Assembly: GCA_963753595.1 (NCBI GenBank)
Contig: CAVWCX010000007.1
Location: 1 to 64,000 of the forward strand
DNA from: Candidatus Methanoperedenaceae archaeon
Lineage (GTDB): Archaea > Halobacteriota > Methanosarcinia > Methanosarcinales > Methanoperedenaceae
Reading direction: 5' to 3'
Length of the DNA stretch: 64,000 nt
The notes under the pieces were generated by a model, which had not been told where the DNA came from, ran no database searches, and saw only the letters and a program-made list of their open reading frames with translations. The position numbers and the translations under genes are program-made. Shown piece by piece: positions 18,707 to 28,220 of the stretch (positions are counted from its first letter, which is position 1; every line of letters begins with the position of its first letter).

Positions 18707-19957
18707 TTATGCAATCTTCATTTTGCCGTCAATTACAGATACATGATCCTGCAATTCAAGCTTTTTAGATCCAATTTCCGAATTAAATGAATCAAGCTGC
18801 TTTTTTGAACTATCAAGCTCTTTTTCGGATTTTATAAGCTTATCCCGTAAAGCGGATAACACATCGTTCACTTCTTTTTCATCCTTAATTATCTTCATCT
18901 TTGAGATATCATCTTTTTTAAGTTCGATATCCTTAATGATCACATAATATTCTGTTTTCATTTCCCCAAGAGACGATGATGCAAGTTGTATCTGTGGCAG
19001 GATTTTATCCGTTTTCGGAAGATTCAATACCCCGCTTTCAACGATTTTCTGCAATTCAATAAAGAACCCGGGGGGAACATCAACCGGACAGGATAAACAT
19101 AAATTCAACGCATCCCGGTCTTCTGGCTTTAAGACAAGTCTGCCACTAACACTTAATTGCTTCAGCCTGTTGATAACTTTATTCAGAGGTGATATGGTGT
19201 CATTAATTTCAAATAATTTTTTGCCAGCATTGTTCTCAAGCAAAACCAGTTCTTCTCTTGACCTGGTATATTGTTTCCATGATTCACCCGTGATCAGGAG
19301 GTTTTGTGCTTCTTGTTTTTCGGTGATCTCTTTTTTCAATGAAACTATCTTTTTTTCATTCTCTTTTATTGACCTTTCCATTTGCTCAATGTCAAGAGTG
19401 ATATTCCTTATAATTCCTATAAGTTCCTGGGATTTATCCAGGGCATCAAGGACCTGCTTTTTTGAATTTATGGGTTCGATCAGTTCTCCAAGAAGCCTTC
19501 CAAGGGAATTAACGTCAGTTATAACGTTTTTTGATTCTTCAAAATACACAAGTTTTGTATATTGATAGCTTTTCATCATATTCTCAAGGCAAACTCCAAG
19601 GGTCTGGATTGCGCTTTCATGAAAAGCCGCTATTGACTTAACGCTTTTTTCCCCGGGGATTTTAATGTTCTCAAGGAGCACCCTCACCTGCTTTGCCATG
19701 TTATCCCTGTTGCTTGAAGCGACCTTGACCATCTTTAGATGGAATCTTCCTTCAGGCTTTGCATTTTCAAGTTCGGCAGTACTGTCCTTTATTTTCCTGA
19801 GTGTTTTTTCTATTTGTGGATAAAGGGAAGAAGTGTCCTTCTCTATTTTTTCAGATATTTGCCGGGATATCAACTCAAGCCATTCCGGAAGCTTATCCTG
19901 GGCTATTGATTCCCTGGCATTATCTTTTTTCCCAAATAACCTCTCTATCAGTTTCAA
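18707..19957 (-). CDS. Coiled-coil hypothetical protein
   Basis: 416-aa ORF with E/K/L heptads; start overlaps the trpB2 stop (ATGA). Confidence 0.7.
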   Translation of the reverse strand: MKLIERLFGKKDNARESIAQDKLPEWLELISRQISEKIEKDTSSLYPQIEKTLRKIKDSTAELENAKPEGRFHLKMVKVASSNRDNMAKQVRVLLENIKIPGEKSVKSIAAFHESAIQTLGVCLENMMKSYQYTKLVYFEESKNVITDVNSLGRLLGELIEPINSKKQVLDALDKSQELIGIIRNITLDIEQMERSIKENEKKIVSLKKEITEKQEAQNLLITGESWKQYTRSREELVLLENNAGKKLFEINDTISPLNKVINRLKQLSVSGRLVLKPEDRDALNLCLSCPVDVPPGFFIELQKIVESGVLNLPKTDKILPQIQLASSSLGEMKTEYYVIIKDIELKKDDISKMKIIKDEKEVNDVLSALRDKLIKSEKELDSSKKQLDSFNSEIGSKKLELQDHVSVIDGKMKIA

Positions 19958-21261
19958 CTTGAGTCCTTCATATTCCCGCTGAAATAACTATCATATGCGC
20001 CCATATCAAAATGCCCGTGGCCGCTCAGGTTGAACAGGATCGTCTTCTTTTCACCGTTCTTCTTACATTCGAGCGCCTTATCTATTGCGCATTTAATCGC
20101 ATGCGATGATTCAGGTGCAGGAACTATACCTTCACTTCTTGCAAACGTAACTGCTGCTTCAAACACTTCTTTCTGGTGATATGCAACAGCATCTATAAGT
20201 TTATCGGCATATAACTGGCTCACGATCGGTGAATCTCCATGGTATCGGAGTCCTCCCGCATGGATAGAAGGAGGCATATATTCATGTCCCATGGTGTACA
20301 TTTTCAAAAGGGGTGTAAGGCCGGCTGTATCTCCAAAGTCATACCTGAATTCTCCTTTTGTCAGGCTTGGGCATGCGGTAGGTTCAACCCCTATCACTTT
20401 TACGTCATGTTTACCTGAGATCTTATCACTGAGGAATGGGAAACTGATTCCTGCAAAATTACTTCCGCCGCCAACGCTTGCGATTATATAGTCGGGATAT
20501 TCTTCAACCTGGGCAAGCTGTTCTTTGGCTTCCAGGCCTATTACTGTCTGGTGAAGCATTACATGGTTCAAAACGCTTCCCAGTGAATAATGAGTATCTT
20601 CATGGCTTGCAGCATCCTCAATAGCTTCACTTATTGCGATCCCAAGACTGCCTGGTGATTCGGGATCTTTAGACAGTATCTTTTTTCCTGAATTTGTAAG
20701 GTTGCTCGGGGAGGCGATAACATCAGCACCCCAGAGGTTCATTAGAGACCTGCGGTATGGTTTTTGCGTGTAACTTACTTTTACCATATAAACAGTGCAC
20801 TTAAGGCCAAAATATGTAGTTGCAAGGGCAAGCGAGCATCCCCACTGTCCTGCGCCGGTTTCTGTTGCCAGCCTTTCCGTACCTTCTTTCATATTATAAT
20901 ATGCCTGGGCTATTGCCGTATTGGGTTTGTGGCTGCCTGCCGGGCTTACGCCTTCATACTTATAAAAGATCTTTGCCGGAGTTTTCAGGGCTGCTTCAAG
21001 ACGATGGGCTCGATAGAGGGGAGAAGGCCGCCATAATGCATAGATATCCCTGATCTCATCGGGAATGGAAATAAATCTATCCTGGCTGACTTCCTGTTTT
21101 ATCAGTTCCATAGGAAATATCGGCGAGAGGTCTTTAGGACCAATTGGCTCTTTTGTTCCTGGGTTCAGAGGCGGGGAAACAGGAGTTGGCATATCCGGTA
21201 GGATGTTATACCATTTCCTGGGAATATCATTTTCATCTAGAAGTATTTTTGTTTTTTGCAT
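19954..21261 (-). CDS. trpB2: Tryptophan synthase beta chain 2 (TrpB-like PLP enzyme)
   Basis: [49 protein letters not shown]. Confidence 0.95.
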   Translation of the reverse strand: MQKTKILLDENDIPRKWYNILPDMPTPVSPPLNPGTKEPIGPKDLSPIFPMELIKQEVSQDRFISIPDEIRDIYALWRPSPLYRAHRLEAALKTPAKIFYKYEGVSPAGSHKPNTAIAQAYYNMKEGTERLATETGAGQWGCSLALATTYFGLKCTVYMVKVSYTQKPYRRSLMNLWGADVIASPSNLTNSGKKILSKDPESPGSLGIAISEAIEDAASHEDTHYSLGSVLNHVMLHQTVIGLEAKEQLAQVEEYPDYIIASVGGGSNFAGISFPFLSDKISGKHDVKVIGVEPTACPSLTKGEFRYDFGDTAGLTPLLKMYTMGHEYMPPSIHAGGLRYHGDSPIVSQLYADKLIDAVAYHQKEVFEAAVTFARSEGIVPAPESSHAIKCAIDKALECKKNGEKKTILFNLSGHGHFDMGAYDSYFSGNMKDSS

Positions 21262-21353
21262 GGAAATAACTCCAGAACTAGTATTTACGAGGGGGTATAT
21301 TAAGATTGTATAAATAAAAATCTTAATTTATAAATACATAATAAAATATAATA

Positions 21354-21575
21354 TTATTTCTTGATCAATCTCTCTTTTATGAAATAAATACTGATCGCCA
21401 GCACTGAAATTGCAAAAAAAGCATCAAATATGGGCTTATATTTGTATTGAATGAAGTTCCCTATGAGCATGTTTATGGCGTTATACAGATTGAAAACAGC
21501 TATCAAAGAGAATAACATTGCTATTAGAAAAATTCCTATATAAAAATAATCCTCTATTTTTTCCTTGTTGACCAT
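21354..21575 (-). CDS. Small two-TM membrane protein
   Basis: Two hydrophobic segments; begins 1 nt after the upstream PGF-CTERM gene. Confidence 0.7.
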   Translation of the reverse strand: MVNKEKIEDYFYIGIFLIAMLFSLIAVFNLYNAINMLIGNFIQYKYKPIFDAFFAISVLAISIYFIKERLIKK

Positions 21576-21576
21576 T

Positions 21577-22584
21577 TCATGACCTCCTTCTCATTATAAA
21601 TATAACTAAGATAGCTGATATTGCTGCAAATATTTCAAATCCGGGCTCTTTTGGCGTTGGGATTGCTCCCTGTTGATATCCTCCCAAATCCTGTCTCATT
21701 GCTGCTGGAGCTGTTGTCCCCGCTTCCCGGACGAACTTTGAGACCTCAATATTCATTTTCTTTTCAACACTTTCTTTGGGAACTGTCTTTGTTGGGGCAA
21801 GAAGCACAGGTTTTTCCCATGTGTTTATCATGGTATCTCCGCGCCAAAGCTCCACCACTACCATATAATTATATTCATCAGGAACAACAAGCTGCACGCT
21901 TCTGACTGCCGTAGTCTCATTCACGATCTCGCCGGTTTCGGCATTTGTTTTATCTGCTATCAGGTTTGAATTCGCTTCTCTTGCCTTGACTGTAATCTTC
22001 AGGTTATCGGAAGTATCCGGCCCCCTGTTTTCAAGATATATATCGGATTTTATTGAAACCTTTCCAGCTGATACACCACCGACCGTGAAATCGATATTAT
22101 TCAGTGTGACGCCGCTAAGCTTTGACCGGGGGGTAAGGGCATTCAATCCCCTGATATTTACTGTGCCGCTATCGCTGATGCTTCCATTATCAAAAAGCAG
22201 GATATTCAACTCGTACCCGCCATTTCTTTCCACATTCAGGTTAGTTGAAACAGGTATTGTTTTTTCTAATTCGGAGCTTGTTTCCGGAATTGGGGCAGAG
22301 ACCTGCGTCTCAAGAAGCCCGTTGTCGCTGTTTATTGCCCTTATTAACATTGATGCGTTCCGGGTTTTATCTCCATGATGATTTATATATGCAGTGACAT
22401 TCACTTCTATCCGGGCGCTTGTCACTTCAATGGGCCTGACGTCAACCTCGCGGATGGAAATGGATGAGGGAGGGATCCAGGGTGGGGCCTCTTTTTGAAG
22501 AATATCTTTATTAATCTGGACAATGGCAAATGATAAGATCAACACGGATGCCAATATTATTGTGAGAATGTAACCCGGTTTCAT
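21577..22584 (-). CDS. Surface protein with two Ig-like repeats and a PGF-CTERM sorting signal
   Basis: N-terminal hydrophobic segment, internal duplication (AYINHHG.../IYLENRG...), C-terminal EPGF-TM-RRRS. Confidence 0.8.
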   Translation of the reverse strand: MKPGYILTIILASVLILSFAIVQINKDILQKEAPPWIPPSSISIREVDVRPIEVTSARIEVNVTAYINHHGDKTRNASMLIRAINSDNGLLETQVSAPIPETSSELEKTIPVSTNLNVERNGGYELNILLFDNGSISDSGTVNIRGLNALTPRSKLSGVTLNNIDFTVGGVSAGKVSIKSDIYLENRGPDTSDNLKITVKAREANSNLIADKTNAETGEIVNETTAVRSVQLVVPDEYNYMVVVELWRGDTMINTWEKPVLLAPTKTVPKESVEKKMNIEVSKFVREAGTTAPAAMRQDLGGYQQGAIPTPKEPGFEIFAAISAILVIFIMRRRS

Positions 22585-22681
22585 AATCCCACTCCTAAAA
22601 GAATTACTTCTTATATAAACTTTGCCACTAAACTTATTCGGTATTCAGCAGTTCACTTCAAGAAATATGGATTTAAGATCT

Positions 22682-22816
22682 CTAAAAATCAAATTCTATT
22701 AAAACAGGAGTTTTTATTATTTCGATATTATTACCTTCAATATAGAGCTTCTCTATTTCCCTGGCGGTAAAACCTGCTTTTAATAATTTTGCTCTCTCGT
22801 GTGAAGTTTTTAACAT
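22682..22816 (-). CDS. Small hypothetical protein (44 aa; absent from ORF track)
   Basis: Hand translation MLKTSHERAKLLKAGFTAREIEKLYIEGNNIEIIKTPVLIEFDF; AGGTGA RBS upstream. Confidence 0.55.
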   Translation of the reverse strand: MLKTSHERAKLLKAGFTAREIEKLYIEGNNIEIIKTPVLIEFDF

Positions 22817-22952
22817 TCCATTCACCTATCCAATCTATTAATTTAGTAAAATCTATCAATTTATTGTATAGTAAAAAATTGATTTTTTTAGCATATATAG
22901 GTGACTTGAAATTGTATGCTCAACATCATCGTTATAATTATGTTTGGTTGAT

Positions 22953-23441
22953 CTAAAACTCAAGAAGCGTTCTCTGGAAAGGATCTTCAACAACACCCGT
23001 CAGCACCTGGTAATGTTTCTTTATCCGCTTCATCAGGTGCGCCCTGAAATCAGGATCGGGAAAAAGATATGCAGGATTTTTAATAACATTCATGGTATTA
23101 AGATCAAATAGTCCGATATCTTTTATATCAAATATTGCTTTTGAAAAGTGTTTTGCAGCGAGATAAAAATATTCACAGGTATCACGATATGTTTCAAGGT
23201 ATGAAAGGGCAAGTTTGGGATTAACTACACCATTCCATTCCTTGATCTCGATCCCTACAATATAGAATCTTTCGGATTGTTTGTAGACTGCGATTATATC
23301 CGCGAGGTTGCAGGCGCTTTTTCGGCAAATGAAGGGTTTGATGTGTATCTCAGGTGTGTGAAAAACAGGTACGCCACGGTTTGTAATGGAATTGACGATC
23401 TCATGGGAATTAATAGTCGTACCGAAATGCGAGAACATCAT
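22953..23441 (-). CDS. Hypothetical protein, PD-(D/E)xK nuclease-like fold
   Basis: E...ADIIAV...VGIEIK...Y...CEYFYLA pattern typical of small restriction-fold proteins. Confidence 0.55.
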   Translation of the reverse strand: MMFSHFGTTINSHEIVNSITNRGVPVFHTPEIHIKPFICRKSACNLADIIAVYKQSERFYIVGIEIKEWNGVVNPKLALSYLETYRDTCEYFYLAAKHFSKAIFDIKDIGLFDLNTMNVIKNPAYLFPDPDFRAHLMKRIKKHYQVLTGVVEDPFQRTLLEF

Positions 23442-23559
23442 CTGATTCCAGCATGGGTTTATTAAAATAAGAGTATTGTGTGAGGGGGGTGAAAGTAATT
23501 CTTTTATTCAGGAGCAGACTGGATATAGCTGGCCTCCAGTAATATCATTTTACGAGTAA

Positions 23560-23627
23560 CTTTGCGTTCTTTGCGCGCTTTGCGGTGTTTGATTTTATTC
23601 ACCGCAGAGGACGCAAAGTTCGCAAAG
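23560..23627. repeat. REP-like palindrome of 3 x 9-nt units (CTTTGCGnn / nnCGCAAAG)
   Basis: CTTTGCGTT CTTTGCGCG CTTTGCGGTG ... CACCGCAGAG GACGCAAAG TTCGCAAAG. Confidence 0.85.
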
Positions 23628-23739
23628 ATAAATTCAAACGTTTAGTTCTTGGCTATAATTATCTCAAGATATTTGAATGAGGGCAATTATTATATCAAAT
23701 AAAATTGATTTAACACAAGTTTATTTAAGTTGATCAAAT

Positions 23740-24264
23740 ATGCTCTATCCAACCGGAACCCCTACACAGCCCGAAATAATCGCAATTGCTTTATCAAAGC
23801 TGAATATCAAACCCACCGATGTATTTGTGGATATAGGTTGCGGGAGCGGTTCTGTTTCGATAGCTGCTTCAATATTAGCAAAACATGTATTTGCAATTGA
23901 CAACAGGGATGAGGCTATAAATGCAACATCAGAAAATATTAATGAATGCAGCATAAAAAATATCTCAATATTAAAAGGAGATGCAAACATACTACTTGCG
24001 GATATTGATATGAATTGCGCGTTCATCGGGGGAAGCAAAAATATCAAAGATGTTTTAGAACTATTGATCGAAAAGAAAAAAACGCCACGATTCGTTGTAA
24101 GTGCCGTTAAGCTCGAAACAGTTGCGATTGCCATGGAAATTATGAAAAAGAACAATTGTTTAAAGGAATTGCTACAGATACAAATATCAAGGGGAAATGA
24201 GCTTGCAGGGGGTACTATGTTCAAACCTGAAAATCCGGTTTTCCTGGTAGTTGGTGGCGCATAA
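23740..24264 (+). CDS. cbiT: Cobalt-precorrin-6B C15-methyltransferase (decarboxylating)
   Basis: PTQPEIIAIALSKL, DIGCGSGSVS, FIGG, ENPVF. Confidence 0.9.
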   Translation: MLYPTGTPTQPEIIAIALSKLNIKPTDVFVDIGCGSGSVSIAASILAKHVFAIDNRDEAINATSENINECSIKNISILKGDANILLADIDMNCAFIGGSKNIKDVLELLIEKKKTPRFVVSAVKLETVAIAMEIMKKNNCLKELLQIQISRGNELAGGTMFKPENPVFLVVGGA

Positions 24265-25634
24265 TGTTGATCGGTATCGGTCTTGGTCCTGGAAATCCCG
24301 ATCTCCTTACTCTTGCCGCCGTAAAAGCCCTGAAGGAAAGCAGGATAGTATTCGTACCCGGAAAACTCGCAGAAAAGCTCGTTTCGCCTTATGCCAAAGC
24401 CCAAATACTTGATTTTCCCATGATACAGGATAAATTAGAGTTGTCAAAATTATGGGAAAAAAATGCCAGGATCGTAGCAGCTGAAGCAAAAAATAAAATC
24501 GTCTCATTTGCAGTCCTGGGTGATCCGAATGTGTTTTCAACATTCTCGCACCTTAAAAGGACGATAGAGGAAAAATATCCTGATATTGAAATTACAACAA
24601 TCCCCGGTGTAAGTTCAATAACAGCCCAGGCAGCCCGCACAAATACCAGTATGGACAGCTCGTTTGTAGTAAGTGACGGTTCACCTGTAAATACAAAAAT
24701 AATCCTGAAATCAAAGCATCCTGAAGATGTTAAAAATACGTTGATAGAAGAGGGCTTCAATGAATTTATTTTTGCCCGGCGTCTTTTTATGGATAATGAA
24801 TTGGTGTCAAATGATATCCCGCAAACAGGGGATTATTTCAGCCTGATGGTAGCAAAAAGGGGAAAAATCCGGAAAAATGGTGAAAATAATATCTATGACA
24901 AAAGCGGCAAAAAAGATAAAACAGACAAAAAACTCATATATTTTGTGGGAGCAGGCCCCGGAAATCCCAAATACATCACAGTCAGGGGGCGAGAACTTCT
25001 TGAATCAGCAGACTTTGTTATGTATGCAGGCTCGCTTGTCAATCCGGTTGTTTTAAATTATGTGCATGGCGAGACACTTGACAGCTTCGGGATGAAACTT
25101 GAAGATATTGCGGATATACTTTCTAAGAAAGTAGAAGAAGGAAAAACCGTTGTCAGGCTGCATAGCGGGGACCCGTCATTATATGGTGCGATCATAGAAC
25201 AGATAGACTGCCTTAAAAAATGCGGGATAGATGTGGAGATCGTTCCCGGGGTGACATCGCTGTTTGCGGCCGCAGCCGCATTAAAAACCCAGCTTACGAT
25301 AAACGGCATTACAGAGACGCTTATTATCACAAGACCCGCGGGAACAACACTTGAAAAAGACTCGATCAGGGAACTGTCGCGCCATAATGCCACGATGGCA
25401 ATTTATCTTGGAACCGATAAACTCAGGAAGATCATGCAGGATGTGGAATATCCTGAAGGTACACCCGCTGCTGTTGTGTATCATGCCTCGTGGGAAGATG
25501 AATCAGTGATCTTCGGGACAGTAGGGAACATTGCAGACAGGGTTGAAGCAGAAGGGATCAACAGGTCAGCAATGATAATTATTGGGAATGTCCTGACACC
25601 GCACAACTTCAAGAGGTCTCATCTATATGGGTGA
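24264..25634 (+). CDS. cbiL-cbiF: Fused cobalt-factor II C20-methyltransferase (CbiL) and cobalt-precorrin-4 C11-methyltransferase (CbiF)
   Basis: Two tetrapyrrole methylase domains: GIGLGPGNPDLLT..GDPNVFSTF..YFSLM and YFVGAGPG..YAGSLV..RLHSGDPSLYG..SHLY. Confidence 0.88.
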   Translation: MLIGIGLGPGNPDLLTLAAVKALKESRIVFVPGKLAEKLVSPYAKAQILDFPMIQDKLELSKLWEKNARIVAAEAKNKIVSFAVLGDPNVFSTFSHLKRTIEEKYPDIEITTIPGVSSITAQAARTNTSMDSSFVVSDGSPVNTKIILKSKHPEDVKNTLIEEGFNEFIFARRLFMDNELVSNDIPQTGDYFSLMVAKRGKIRKNGENNIYDKSGKKDKTDKKLIYFVGAGPGNPKYITVRGRELLESADFVMYAGSLVNPVVLNYVHGETLDSFGMKLEDIADILSKKVEEGKTVVRLHSGDPSLYGAIIEQIDCLKKCGIDVEIVPGVTSLFAAAAALKTQLTINGITETLIITRPAGTTLEKDSIRELSRHNATMAIYLGTDKLRKIMQDVEYPEGTPAAVVYHASWEDESVIFGTVGNIADRVEAEGINRSAMIIIGNVLTPHNFKRSHLYG

Positions 25635-26496
25635 GCCTGCAATAATCACTTTTTCACGCAATATTGATGTTGCGAAAAAAATAAAGGATGTTACTGGTGG
25701 AGATATAATTGAATATTCCAGAGATGCATTCAAGGTCGCTTTTGAGGAATACAGGTCGATAATAGCCATTATGGCATCCGGTATAGCCGTCAGAAATATC
25801 GCACCTCTTGTTAGCGATAAATGGAAAGATCCGGCAGTTGTGGTCGTGGATTCCGGACTGAATTTTGCAATTCCTATCCTTGGCGGTCACCATGGAGGGA
25901 ATGAACTGGCCAAAAAACTTGCCATTATTGGTATCATACCTGTGATAACAACAGCTACGCAAGTCATGGGAAAAGAATCCGTTGAGGAGATCGCGGATAG
26001 TCTTGGTTGCATGATAATAAACCGGGATTCAACGAAAAAAGTCAATGTGAAATTGCTGGATAGTGATGTTGAAGTCCTGGATATCAAAGGCCCAAAGATC
26101 GTAATCGTTGGAGATGATGTCAGTGTCCTCAAAAGAAAGGGGCTTGTTGTGGGAATAGGGACAAACCGGGGAGTCAGCAAGTCAGAAGTTGTTGAAGCAA
26201 TAAACGCAGCGCTTCTGGAACTGGATGCAAGTATCGGGGATGTGAAATATTTTGCATCCGCAATGATAAAAGAAAATGAATCAGGAATTATTGATGCAGC
26301 AGCATCATTCGCAAAGGAGTTAAGATTCGTTTCGCATGATGTCATAAATTCCATAGATGCACCAACTCCATCTAAAGCTAAAAATCTGGGGCTGAACGGG
26401 GTCTGCGAACCTGCTGCACTTGCACTTTCACAGGAAAAGGAATTGTTACTGAAAAAGAGGATTTATGGAAATGTCACAATCGCGATCGCACGGTAA
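25627..26496 (+). CDS. cbiG: Cobalt-precorrin-5A hydrolase
   Basis: MASGIAVR, DKWKDPAVVVVD, LGGHHGGN, VITTAT, GVCEPAAL. Confidence 0.93.
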   Translation: MGEPAIITFSRNIDVAKKIKDVTGGDIIEYSRDAFKVAFEEYRSIIAIMASGIAVRNIAPLVSDKWKDPAVVVVDSGLNFAIPILGGHHGGNELAKKLAIIGIIPVITTATQVMGKESVEEIADSLGCMIINRDSTKKVNVKLLDSDVEVLDIKGPKIVIVGDDVSVLKRKGLVVGIGTNRGVSKSEVVEAINAALLELDASIGDVKYFASAMIKENESGIIDAAASFAKELRFVSHDVINSIDAPTPSKAKNLGLNGVCEPAALALSQEKELLLKKRIYGNVTIAIAR

Positions 26497-27232
26497 ATTA
26501 TACATCGTAGGCATAGGCCCCGGGGGAATTGAGCATCTTACGAAAAAGGCGGAAAACGCTTTGCTTGGATCTGAATACATAATCGGGAATGGCACTTATC
26601 TTGACCAGATAGCCCCTGTCATAAAAAACCAGATTATAATACGAAGCGGAATGGGCGGAGAGGTTGAACGAGCAAGGAAGGCGGTAGAACTCGGAAAAAG
26701 CCATATTGTTTCAATTATCAGCGGCGGGGATGCAAATGTGTATGGGATGGCCGGGCTTGTAATGGAGGTGGCCCAGAAAGCCGAAGAGATCGAAATTGAA
26801 GTCATCCCAGGCGTAACCGCGATCAGCGCCGCGGCTTCACTTCTAGGGGCGCCGCTAGTTAATGATTTCGCAGTAATAAGTTTAAGTGACCTCCTGACTC
26901 CCATCGAGATTATCAAGCGCCGCTTAAACAGCGCGGCAGAAGCTGATTTTGTGATCGCCATTTACAATCCGAAAAGCAGAAACCGCTTGGAGAACTTTGC
27001 CTGGGCTGTTGATATCATCCGGAAATACAGGAATGAAAATACACCTGCGGGTATAGTAAAAAGCGCTACCCGCACTGGTGAGACCGTTATTGCAACAACA
27101 CTGGGCAGGATAATGGAGTACAATGATGTGATCGATATGAGCACATTGGTCCTGATCGGTAACAGCGAGTCAAGACTATGGAAAAACAGGATAATTACGC
27201 CACGAGGATACCAGAGGAAATATGAATATTGA
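26465..27232 (+). CDS. cbiH: Cobalt-factor III C17-methyltransferase
   Basis: LYIVGIGPG, SGGDANVYGMAG, GAPL.NDF..ISLSDLLTP, YNPKS, ITPRGY. Confidence 0.93.
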   Translation: MEMSQSRSHGKLYIVGIGPGGIEHLTKKAENALLGSEYIIGNGTYLDQIAPVIKNQIIIRSGMGGEVERARKAVELGKSHIVSIISGGDANVYGMAGLVMEVAQKAEEIEIEVIPGVTAISAAASLLGAPLVNDFAVISLSDLLTPIEIIKRRLNSAAEADFVIAIYNPKSRNRLENFAWAVDIIRKYRNENTPAGIVKSATRTGETVIATTLGRIMEYNDVIDMSTLVLIGNSESRLWKNRIITPRGYQRKYEY

Positions 27233-27833
27233 ATTTGGCGCGCGAACAAGGGAAGCTAAAGAGATCAACGAAAAAAGCTGGGGAATTGTGCAAAGTTTAG
27301 TAAAAGGAGATACCCCGCAGGACAGGATAAGGCAGCGTTGCATTATCGCAACGGGGGATCTGGCATTTGCAGAACTTATGAGGTTTAACAATGATCCGGT
27401 AAATGCAGGAATAGATGCTATAAGGAAGGATGCCACGATTTTTACAGATATCAGGATGGCACAGGTGGGAATTACAAAAAGGGGGCATAAATGCGATATC
27501 AGATGCGTCCTTGATGAGGGAGCCGATATTGCCGGGAATACAGGTGTAACAAGAACAAGCGCGGGCTTCATGGCGCTTGAGAAAGAACTAAACGGCGCTA
27601 TAATCGTTATCGGAAACGCACCTTCAGCTGCGCTCACTGTCTGCAGGATGATCGATGAGGGTCTTCACCCGGCGCTTCTTGTGGCAACACCTGTGGGTTT
27701 TGTGAATGCTGCTGAATCAAAGGAACTTGTTAGAACACTGGAAGTGCCGTCCATCACATGCGTCGGGACAAGAGGTGGGACGCCTGTGGCGGTCGCTGTT
27801 GTCAATGAAATTATGGAGATAGCATTTCGATAA
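27222..27833 (+). CDS. cbiC: Cobalt-precorrin-8 methylmutase
   Basis: IATGD, TRTSAG, IGNAPSA, PVGFVNAAESK, GTRGGTP. Confidence 0.93.
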   Translation: MNIEFGARTREAKEINEKSWGIVQSLVKGDTPQDRIRQRCIIATGDLAFAELMRFNNDPVNAGIDAIRKDATIFTDIRMAQVGITKRGHKCDIRCVLDEGADIAGNTGVTRTSAGFMALEKELNGAIIVIGNAPSAALTVCRMIDEGLHPALLVATPVGFVNAAESKELVRTLEVPSITCVGTRGGTPVAVAVVNEIMEIAFR

Positions 27834-27930
27834 AATCGATTGGATTACTATCAAAAAATCGCATGCTCATCATGGAAATAAAGAATGAAATCTGGAAAAG
27901 ATTAAAATACATCTTAGTCACATAGTAAAA

Positions 27931-28021
27931 GTTGACGAGCGGGTATATTTTTTTACTAACCCCCACTCCCCAACCTGCTCGTCTTCTTATTATATTTCTT
28001 TTTGCAGACTTCAATATTATC
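27931..28021 (+). ncRNA. Candidate small RNA, copy 1 (11-bp stem, U-tract and C-rich loop)
   Basis: GACGAGCGGGT...ACCTGCTCGTC stem with a G-U pair only on the + strand; AT-rich TATA-like box ~30 nt upstream; T-rich tail; duplicated 180 nt downstream. Confidence 0.5.
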
Positions 28022-28110
28022 GCAAACCTTTGAACTAATTTTTGACCATGATTATGATGGAATTCTAAAAAACCGTGATTAAATTTAAGTATATCTTATA
28101 CATAGGAGGA

Positions 28111-28202
28111 GCTGACGAGCGGGTCATTTTTTTACTAACCCCCACTCCCCAACCTGCTCGTCATTCTTATTATGGTTCTTTTTGGCAAACTTCAATATTA
28201 TC
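28111..28202 (+). ncRNA. Candidate small RNA, copy 2
   Basis: Same stem (plus one extra U-A pair) and identical TTTTTTTACTAACCCCCACTCCCCA loop; TTTAAGTA box at ~28084. Confidence 0.5.
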
Positions 28203-28220
28203 TCCGGACAATAACTATTC

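Noticed and set aside
23442-23739. Cobalamin riboswitch upstream of cbiT
   Set aside because: No B12-box or conserved core is visible; the structure present is the 9-nt periodic palindrome.
27895-28210. CRISPR array
   Set aside because: Only two ~120-nt units, no 25-40-nt repeat/spacer periodicity and no cas genes.
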